The notes beneath the pieces are model-generated. The model searched no databases, was not told where the DNA came from, and saw only the letters and a program-made list of their open reading frames with translations. From positions 1 through 64,000 of the forward strand of contig NW_021833281.1 in assembly GCF_006345805.1 (NCBI RefSeq): 64,000 nucleotides of DNA, read 5' to 3'. The position numbers were made by a program, and so were the translations under genes. Source of the DNA: Octopus sinensis (lineage: Eukaryota). Below are positions 54,225 to 64,000 of this stretch, one piece after another; the stretch's first letter is position 1; the number at the start of each line of letters is the position of its first letter.

Positions 54225-54975
54225 ATCCCAGTACTCAATTAATACTTATTTTATGGACCCCAAATGGATGAAAGGCCGAATTTGAATTCAGAATGTAAAG
54301 AGGAACCAAATATCGCTGAGCATTTTAGCCAGTGCACTAACGATCCTGCCAGCTCGCCGACTTAGGAATAATAATAATAATCCTTTCTACTATAGGCACA
54401 AAACCTTGAACATTTTGGGGGAAGGATGATAGTCGCTTACATCGACCCCATTGCGTAACTAGTACATATTTTATCGACCCCGAAAGGAAGAAAGGCAAAG
54501 TCGACCTCGGCGGAATTCGAACTCAGAACGTAGCGGCAGACGAAATACCGCTAAGCATTTCGCCCGATATTCTAACGATCCTGCCAGCTCGTCTCCTTAG
54601 GGATAACAGTAATAATCCTTTCTACTAAAGGCACAAAGTCTGAAATTTTTGGGGAGGGAAGTAGTCGATTGCATCGACCCCAGTGTTTCACTAGTACTTA
54701 ATTTATCGACCCCGAAAGGCAAAGTCGACCTCGTCGGAATTTGAACTTAGAACGTAAAGACAGTTGAAATGCCGCTAAGTATTTCGCCCGATATTCTAAC
54801 GATCTTGCCAGCTCGCCTCCTTAGGAATGATAAATGGTTCGAAATTTTGGTACAAAGGCTGCAAGTATAGGGAGAGGAGGCTAGTCGATTACATCACACA
54901 AGTGTTCAATTGGTTCTTTATTTTAATCGACCCAAAAAAACTGAGAGGCAAGATCGATCTTGGTGGAATTTCAAC
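54225..54975 (-). mobile_element. Head-to-tail array of four diverged SINE copies
   Basis: GCCAGCTCG (reverse of the head) recurs at ~54348, 54585 and 54807. Units are separated by short TAA tails that share a CTTAGG(A/G)A flank. Confidence 0.85.
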
Positions 54976-55298
54976 AAGCAAGCAATTACCAAAAATTTTA
55001 GATTCGTTTTATGTTTACATAGAGAGGGTTAGAAAGACGTGAAGGAGACACACATAATGGAAGAGAAGGAGAAAGAGAGGGAGAAGAGAAAGGGTGAGTG
55101 AGAGAGAAAGAGGGAAGAGAAAGGGTGTAGAAGGAGAGAGAGAGAGACAGAGAGAGTAGGAGAGAGAGAGGAAGAAATTGTGAGAGAAGTAGACATACAT
55201 ATATACAAAGGCAAAAATAGCTGGAGGACTACAAATATATTGCAGGAGAGAGATATTGAAAGTCAGAAAATAATACGTATGTATGCATACATACATCA

Positions 55299-55346
<48 letters not shown>

Positions 55347-55424
55347 ATATATACACACATACATGTACACATATAGACGTTTTTATGAATATATTAATAT
55401 GCATGTAAAAGTGCACACACATAC

Positions 55425-55465
<41 letters not shown>

Positions 55466-56425
55466 CATACACACATTTATATATGCAATTACAGATGAGA
55501 ACACGAACTGATTGAGAGAGGGAGAAAGGGAGAAAGAGAGAGACAGAGTGAGTGACAGAGAGAGAGAAAGAGAGAGAGAGATGTAATACAAGAGAAAGGT
55601 ACATAAGACAGGTAGAGAAACAGAGGGATGGAAGAATAATGGAAAGTAATACACACACAAACACACACTGATATATATACATATACATATATATATATAT
55701 AGAGAGAGAGAGCGAGAGAGACGGGGGGGGGGAGAGATAGAGATGGAAAAAAATATAGAGACTGAAAGACAGACTAGTTTAAAAGGAAATATTTTCTTAT
55801 CGTTAAGAAATACACAGTCAAGATAATGGTTTGTTGCCACTCAGGAATTATTGAGATAACATAAGATAAAGGGAAGTTTTCTGCAAGTTTTGAAAGAAAG
55901 TAATGTTGTTGTTGTTGTTGTTGTTGTTGGCTTTGTTGCTGTTGATGTTGTTGTTGTTGTACGTGTGCGAGGGGAGGTGAACGAAGGGAGGGAGGAAGGA
56001 AGGTGTGTAATGGTGAAGGTATCAAACTGACAATGAATCATTCACACACACACGGACACATATAAGGCATACGAAGACATACAAAGACACATATAGACAA
56101 AGGCATTGGTGGACACACGTGTACATATAATATAAAGTATGAACGCTAAGAAGTTTAAATAGAGATTATAGAAAACAGACGAATACACTCTGCTATTCAT
56201 TCTTTCACTCTCCCCAAACTGTTTGTGTGTGTGTGTGTGTGCAATGTGTATGCAGGTATGTACGTATATATGTATGTATGGATGTATTTATGTATATATT
56301 TCTATAAACATTCATATGTACACATACATATATATATGCGTATATGTATGCATATATATATATATATGTCTATATATATATATATATATATATACACAAA
56401 CACAATATATGTATGTAAACATATG

Positions 56426-56494
<69 letters not shown>

Positions 56495-56696
56495 TTTATA
56501 TATATATATATATACACACACATATGTACATATACACAAACATATATAACTGACATATATGTATATATGTACGTATATGTGTGAGCGTGTGTGTAAGTGT
56601 CGGCGTGCGTGTGTGCATGTGTGCACGGCGTAAAACTATGTGTGTGTGTGACAGAGAGAGAGAGAGAGATAGATAGATAGATATATAGATAGATAA

Positions 56697-56753
<57 letters not shown>

Positions 56754-57348
56754 GTGTGTATCTATGCAACGTTTGCTCGTAGTGCCATTGATGCCCGTTG
56801 GTCGCATATGTATAGTAGTGCCAATGATGCCCGTTGGTCGCATATGTATAAACTCATACACAAATTCAGTATGTACACTCATTAAACTCACATTATACAC
56901 ACATGATACTCACTTAAACATTTACAATTACATATATCAATACAAACGTATCTGATCGACTAACGAACAGACCAAAGACAGGTGATACACATATGCATAG
57001 GTAATGCACATACGCACATACGCACAGGTAATACAAATGGGCACATAATACACACGCTGACAAACACGTATCTATACACAAATACATAAAAGCATATAAG
57101 CATAAAACACACACTAATTATTAAATTGACAAACTTCACCGTACCCCCTCAGGGTACCTATTTCCAGCAGCCGCGTAGAATGGTTTTAAGAATAACCCAG
57201 ATTCCAAAGACAACGTTCGTATTCACCAGATAAGAGAGTCCTCTGAGAGACCGAGAAATGAAATCGAATGGAAATATTTCGGAAATTAACCAATACCTGA
57301 ACATTCTACAGTCTCACGATATATGAGTGTATGTGCATCTATATATAA

Positions 57349-57432
<84 letters not shown>

Positions 57433-57709
57433 CACAGGTGTATATACAGGTATATGCAGAAAGTGGAAATCAAAATAGGCATAGATGCGTATCATATAGA
57501 GAGTGTATACGCCATTGATAAACTACTGTTATAAATGCATTGAGTACTAAAACGATACAGACGTAGCATATATACAAAAATAGATTAATAAAAAATTAAA
57601 AAATCGAATATTATACCAATAGGTTTACGTACATACATACATACATAAATAAATACATACATACATACATAAATACATACATACATACATACATACGCAC
57701 ATACATATA

Positions 57710-57909
57710 CGAGGAGTACCTATAAGTTCCTGGCTTTAACAGTATTGTGAAAGGCGTTGTTGGAGGCCCAAACTTCCGAGTTCCTTTACAGGGCTTAGAA
57801 AGTCTGAAGGACCACTGCTCTACGGGTGTAAATCTGAATAAAATCACAAATAACTGATCCTCCAGTATTTTCTTGTACTCAAAGCCAGGAACTTTGCAGC
57901 ACCCCTCAG
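57710..57909. mobile_element. Mariner-derived MITE
   Basis: TA-CGAGGAGTACCTATAAGTTCCTGGCTTT ... AAAGCCAGGAACTTTGCAGCACCCCTCAG-TA imperfect TIRs. Confidence 0.75.
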
Positions 57910-58778
57910 TAAATGCCCTGGGCAGTCTTTATAGAAACCACCTAACTAGTAATTAAGTACATGAATGAGCATTAAAGTAATTCTGTGTTAATCTTTCCTT
58001 TTTAATGTTTATAATTGATATATACACACCTTTTACCTATTCTGGTTATGATATCACTTTTGAAATTCTTAAATTTTATTTTTATACAACATAACAATAT
58101 TGTTTATAAACAATCACCCATAGTGCCTCAAAATAAGATTTCCACTGTATTAACATCTTACGTTTCTGGGTGTCTTGCCCCTTTAACTGGTAATTAACAT
58201 CATGATTTAAAGTCTACCCCTACCCTACTTCTTTTTATAGACAGTTACTTATATCCAATTAACTACTGCTAATGTCTTATTTCCTCCCTGAGGTAAAGGG
58301 GTGCATATGATAATATTTATGACTATACATAGCTATGAGCTGTCACCACACTCTTGTCCTTTATTCAAAATAGACACAGTCTTCTAGTATTAGATTTAGT
58401 AGTTGATAAAGATATAAATGTATTAGAAATGGATTACAATCCTTTACAATACTATGATCCACTACAATCCTTTACAATACTATGATCCACTATATTCATG
58501 CGCTTCTTGGAAGTGTAGTCTACTCTTAGCTACAATGGCGACAACATGAATTTCTTCCATCTTATTGCTCTGTTAAAATATTTGAGAAAAAGTATATTAA
58601 TGTGTCCTACTTGTTAAAATTCTATTTATTTATTTGTACAGGTGAAGATGGCATTAGATTTAAATTGATATGATGATTGCATTGTTCACTTAAATGGAGC
58701 TGCTTGAAACGGTTGTACTGCATCACTACTTGATATCCTGTTTCTTATTTTGATTTTATATATATATATATATATATA

Positions 58779-61700
58779 ATAAGGAAAAATTTTTTAAAAA
58801 TGCAGAATGCTCAAATGAAAGAAAATTTTAATAAAATGAGAAATTGATAAAATATATAAATATATATTTATTCAACCGGTTTCGTCATTGTATGACTTGT
58901 CAAGAATATTTATGTTTTAAGAAGTTTTTTTTTTTTTTTTTTTAAATTAGAAAGGGGAAAAAAAGAAAATTGCATTGTTTTTTGTAAAAGAATAATGATA
59001 AAAATGTACAAAAATTAAAAAATAAGTTCTCCGATACATTGTGAGTTCGTTGTGTATCTTGAGTTTTATGGTTGTTTACGAAAAAATTACCTTGAGGTGT
59101 TAAGATCCAAAGGGATTAAGAGCATGTGTTGTGTTGTGTTGTTAAATTCAGCATGTTTGCAGGACAGGAAGTAGTAGTAATTGTGGTCCTGGTTCTTCAG
59201 TTCCGTGTTGTGAGTAAGGGGAGACAACTCTTTTGAGTTCTTCAATAAAACCCAAATTATAAAACTATCATTTTAGCTTCATTTGCATTATCTTTTTTAT
59301 ATAATTGCTTGTTAACTTAACTTTCAGATTTTAACACTTTATTTATATTATTTTCTAATAATATAAATCTGCATAGACAATTGCATTTCAAATTGTCATA
59401 TCATTTATAATAAAAATGATAGTAATAACAACAATAGTAAAAATGATATTTAAAGAATATAAGTTTTAGCTTGAAGTGATGAATGCATGGTATCTTTATA
59501 TATTTGTGTTAGTCCATCCATGAAGAGTGAGGTAGAGAAGGAAGTTTGATCAACGAGGAGTTTGCATATTAAGTTGTGTTTGGAATTTTTCAATAAAGAG
59601 ATTCTCCTTGTTAATTCTCTCCTGTGTGGTGATCCCGTCTTTACATTGGTAGAAGGGGAATATATAGAATTTGGGGTTTAAGTCTTTAGCACATGAGTCT
59701 AAGTGGTCACTCAGTGGAATTTGTCGGTATTCCGGGAGATTTATTTGTTCTTTATGCACCGTTATTCGTTTACGTAACGGGAGACTCGTTTGTCCAACAT
59801 AATTATGTTGGCAACCAGCGCATGTGAGAACGTAGATAAGGTTCTCGGAGGAACAGGAGAAGTTAGTCTTGATTTTAAACTTCGTACCTTGTTTGAAGGT
59901 AAATTCAGAGCCTTCAAGTAGAAAGGGGCAGGTACCACAGTTTGAGCGTGCACATTTTTTTACTGTTGGGGGTGGATGTGGTGTGTGAAGTTTGGCATTT
60001 GTCAAGAGTTTTTTTAAAGATTTGTGTTGCCTTTTGCATTTGAGGATTTTGTGTGTATTTATAATGTTTTTCATTTTTGGGTCTGTTGACAGTAGACTGA
60101 GGTTTTGTATGATTGTGGTGTATGCTTCGATATTTTTGGGGTTGTGGGTGGAAATGTATGGAAGTATTTTGAGGTTGTGTGTGGTGTTAGGTTGGGTGGT
60201 TTTCAGTGTAGTGTTGTCTAGTTCTTTGGCGCGTTTTATTCCATACTTTATAAGGGTGGAGGGATATTGACGTTGTAATAGTGTTTTTTTGAGGTCTTGA
60301 AGGCGTATTTCTCGTGTTTTTGGATCCGAGACAATGGTGCATACCCTTTTAGCTAAATTGAAAGGGATATTTGTCTTGGTGTGTTTTGGGTGGCATGAAC
60401 TAAAGAGGAGGTATTGTTGTGAGTCTGTAGGTTTGTGGTAGATGTCTGTTATGATTTGGTTCTTAGGTGTTTTTATAATTAGGAGATCAAGGAATGGGAG
60501 ATGATGTTTGCTTAATTCCATAGCGAATTGGATGTTGGGATGTATGTTGTTTAGTATGGTTTTGAATTCCAGGAGTTTTTCATAAGGTTCTTTCCATATG
60601 ATGAAACAATCATCTAAATACCTTTTCCAGTTTTCCATTAGGTAGGTGTGGAAAACATGTCCAAATTTCTGGCTTGATATTTCATAGAGTGACAGTTCGA
60701 AGTAACCCATTATGAGGTTCGCAAGGACTGGTGCAGCCTTGGTACCCATCGCAATGCCACATTTTTGACGGTAGTGTGTGTCGTCGAAGAGAAAAGAATT
60801 GTTTGTCAGAATGAACTGAAGAGATTCTGTAATAAAAGACTTGTTAATGCGGTCAGGGAATGTCTCTGGGTGTTTTTCTAGCCAGAAGTCAATTGCCTCT
60901 ATACCATACTCATGTGGAATGTTGGTGTAGAGGTTGATGACATCAAAGGATACCAGGAGTGCCTCCTCGTTAACTGTTTTCGGGAGGTGTTTGAGCATGT
61001 CCAGATCATCCCTAATGAAACTTTTGATGTGGGTAAGGAAAGGTTTCAAAAGGATGTCTAGGAATTTACTCAGGCGGTGTGTTTCACAGGAGGTACCAGC
61101 CACGATGGGCCTTAGTTTTAGGTCCTCCGGTGCTTTGATGTTGATGTGGATGTCAGTGGAGAGTTTGCAGGCTTCGGTGATGTATTTGTTTTTATGGATT
61201 TTAGGAAGGCCATAAAAAAGGCTGGGCTTGCATTTGAAAATGGTGATATCATCCCTTTCTTTTTCTGTGAGTCCCTGACCGTGTTGGCGTATGAGTGTGG
61301 TGAGGTTTCTGATTGTTTTTTGCTGTTTGTAGTTGTTAATAACCTCATAGAAAATGTTATTGTTAAGCATGGAGAACACTAGGTGTTTATAAAATTCCGT
61401 GTCCATAAGGACCACAGCACTCCCTTTGTCCGCTTCTTTGATGGTGAGGTTTTTATCCAGTTGTATGTCACGTAGGTTTTCCCATTCTTCCTTACTGAAA
61501 TTGGATTTTACCTTGGTTTTGCTTGGGGTAAAGGGGAGACTCTGGATGTGTTTACAGAAATCGTCCAGTGTTTTATTTCTCCCTTTTGGTGGTAGGAAGT
61601 TGCTTTTATTTCTGATCAATGAATCGTCCCCATTGTTGATATCTGTCAAAGCTTCTGTTAGGCGAAGTTTTCTGCAGAATTCAGAAACGTCATCCTTGAC

Positions 61701-61860
61701 CTCCGGGGGGTTGGGTGTTCTTGGGGTGGGTGTGAATTTCAAACCTCTTGCTAGGATGTTGATTTGGGTTGGTGTCAGTGTTTTGCTGGGGAGGTTTATA
61801 ATTTTTGTTTTCTTATTTTGGGTCTGTGTTAGCGGTGGTGTTTGTATTTTATGCGGGTGC
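58779..61860 (-). mobile_element. Penelope-like retroelement (5'-truncated), 3' end at (TA)n
   Basis: RT + GIY-YIG ORF, AT-rich 3' region with a hammerhead motif, and (TA)n at 58757-58778. Confidence 0.9.
58870..58907 (-). ncRNA. Minimal type I hammerhead motif with U3:A8 core in the PLE 3' region
   Basis: Minus strand AUUC-UUGACAA-GUCAU(ACA)AUGAC-GAAAC-CG-GUU/GAAU; palindromic ACCGGU; same strand as, and downstream of, the PLE ORF. Confidence 0.7.
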
Positions 61861-61906
<46 letters not shown>

Positions 61907-61916
61907 AAAGGCGCAT
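59550..61916 (-). CDS. Penelope-like RT + GIY-YIG endonuclease, 788-aa uninterrupted frame (N-terminal ~20 aa come from a CA microsatellite)
   Basis: LARGLKFTP, LVSFDVINLYTNIP, GIAMGTKAAPVLANL, RYLDD, LPFLD, YHKPT, linker CARSNCGTC, NLIYVLTCAGCQHNYVGQT...RKRITVH. Confidence 0.92.
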
Positions 61917-62232
61917 AGCGCAGTGGTCAGAGCATCGGGTTTATAATCCTGAATTAGTGAGTTCCATTCCCTGACCAGGCTGTGTGTTGTTTTCTTGTGC
62001 AAGACACTATTTCACGTTGCTCCAGTTCACTCACCTGTACAAATGAGTTGTGACGTTACGAGTGCCTAGCTGTATTGGCCTTTGATTTTCTCATGGATAA
62101 CATCGGTGGTGTGGACAGGGGAGGTGGGTATGCATGGGCAACTGTTGGTCTTTCATAAGCAATCTTGCCCGGACTTGTGCATCAGGGAGTAACTTTCTAG
62201 GTGCAATTCATTTATGACCGGAGGAGATCTTT
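61905..62232 (+). mobile_element. tRNA-derived SINE
   Basis: AAAGGCGCATAGCGCAGTGG head, GAGTTCCATTCCC box B, and a tail matching 17693-18011. Confidence 0.8.
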
Positions 62233-62297
62233 ACCTTTTATTTCTTATGATTGTATATCTATATACAATGATATCTATCTATCTATCTATCTATCTA

Positions 62298-62386
<89 letters not shown>

Positions 62387-62389
62387 GAA

Positions 62390-62440
<51 letters not shown>

Positions 62441-62676
62441 GTCTCTGTCTCTCTCTCTCTTTATATATATATATTATTCTTAAACAGGAATATCATTGAC
62501 AGTAACTTAGAGGTTTCGACCAGTTAAGCCATCGTCCGACGATAGCTTAGCTGACCAAAACTAAACTGGACGACAATATTGTCAACAATATTCTTAATCA
62601 AACATAATAAATTTGTATTCTACAAATATATAGAATAACCCGTCAGATTAATGTAGAATTGCGGCGAGCTGGCATA

Positions 62677-64000
62677 ACTTTGATACTTTGATACTTTGAT
62701 AGGTTTCGGCCATTATTGGCCCAGGCCATGTCTAACTTAATAGCACCACCTGGTGAAGTCTTTCAAGTCAGAATTTGAGCACTATGGCCCACTCAAGTAG
62801 AGAGTTATTGTTTACAGAGACATATCCGGGTGTAGGGGGCTTATCCGGGATTTCTTGAAGGAATCTGTCCAAAGACTTCTTGAACCCTGTAGGGTCAGTT
62901 TCTGTTTTAATGTGTTTTGGTGTAATGTTAAAGAGAGCGGGGCCAATTGAGGTGAAATAATTGTACCGTATTGTTGTTATGAGATGAGAGTGCGATTTTT
63001 GTTTTGGGCGGATGGCACGGGGCCCAAGCCTTGGATGTACCTTGAAGGTGATGCCAACATCATTTGGGCAATGCTGATGGAATATTTTCCACATCATGCA
63101 GATGATGTAGCGCTCACGACGACGTTGGAGAGAGTAGAGTTTTAGCTTTTCTAGTCGACCCCAATAGTCGAGGCCTGTCATGCCATCTATCTTTTTTGTG
63201 ATTGCCCTTTGAGGTGCTTCAACTTTTATGATACCTTGTATTGTGTGGGGAGACCACAGTGGACAACAGTATTCAAGGTGGGGTCGGGCAAAAGTGGAGA
63301 AGAGAAGGATAATGGTGTGGATATCTCTCGACTGGAAAGTTCTGAGAATCCAGGAACACATTCTGCGGGCCATGTCAACTTTGGTGTTTATATGAGTGGC
63401 CCAGCTTATGTTGTTGTCCACAATTACTCCCAAGTCTCTGATGTTGTTGGACGCCGCGAGAGTTTCACCTGAAGGAGGGAGTATGGGAGTTTCAGGGCAT
63501 CCTCTTTTCCAAAGTGGATTAGCTCAATTTATCCTCGTTCAGCAGCATATTGTTGTTTTCTGCCCATTGGATAACAGCCAGTAGATCTGACTGAAGGCAT
63601 GTCCGGTCACTCGCCTCATTTATGACCTTCTGTAGCTTGGAGTCATCTGCAAAGATTTTTATGTTGCTGTGCTTGATGATGTCATTAATGTCATTAATGT
63701 AAATGATGAAAAGAAGTGGGCCCAGCACAGTGCCTTGCGGAACGCCACTACTGACTTTGGCTGGGCTTGATTTTACCCCTTCAACTACAACATGTTGAGA
63801 TATGTCTGTCAGGAAACACTTGATCCATTTCAGTAACTTTCCAGAGACACCAATGTTGGATAGTTTTTTCAATAGGATCTTGTGATCGACCCTGTCGAAG
63901 GCCTTACTGAAATCAAGGTAGATGACATCGGTGTTGGAGCCCTCTCCCAAAGCTCTCAAAATGTCCTCAAAGTGATGCAGGAGCTGCGTTAGGCAGTCCC
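62677..64000 (-). mobile_element. Young CR1-clade LINE 3' portion (RT with one frameshift near 63520)
   Basis: CLTQLL, YLDFSKAFDRVDH, SGVPQGTVLGPLLF, FADDSKL, RPHLEYC, LYSLQRRRER; 3' tail (ATCAAAGT)x3 at 62677-62700. Confidence 0.92.

Noticed and set aside
58241-58292. 52-nt exon-like segment with an in-frame TGA that would splice in phase to 58642 (selenocysteine idea)
   Set aside because: No recognisable selenoprotein motif or SECIS; chance splice-like signals are common in AT-rich DNA.
51582-58490. Short two-copy tandem duplications (25-bp period at 51582, 36-bp at 56779, 28-bp at 58435; also one at ~49429) as possible CRISPR-like or regulatory repeats
   Set aside because: Only two adjacent copies with no spacers; ordinary slippage duplications in a eukaryotic context.
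59150-59205. Second CUGAAGA with a CAGGAC/GUCCUG stem in the PLE 3' region (minus strand)
   Set aside because: GAAA is replaced by CAAA, and there is no helix I pairing or NUH site.

Overview
AT-rich eukaryotic intronic or intergenic DNA, very dense in microsatellites and transposon debris. The SINE families and repeat landscape suggest a cephalopod (Octopus-like) genome; this is an inference. No host protein-coding gene can be called with confidence, and most ORFs in the track are microsatellite artefacts. Recognisable elements: about ten R4/Dong-type RLE LINE fragments sitting in (TAA)n runs; two Tx1/L1 LINEs; a young CR1 running off the right edge; a Penelope-like element (PLE) with an uninterrupted RT + GIY-YIG frame (59550-61916, minus); mariner elements and MITEs; Helitron pieces; and several tRNA-derived SINE families, three loci of them as tandem arrays. 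The unannotated signal is about ten minimal type I hammerhead-ribozyme motifs. Most lie in PLE-type termini next to (TA)n runs, two show compensatory 3:8 core swaps (U3:A8, A3:U8), and two belong to a composite element: tRNA head + (TAA)n + hammerhead-bearing tail, with an inverted tail copy and a 12-bp target duplication (37596-38084). That composite is the best candidate for an undescribed Penelope-mobilised, ribozyme-carrying SINE system.
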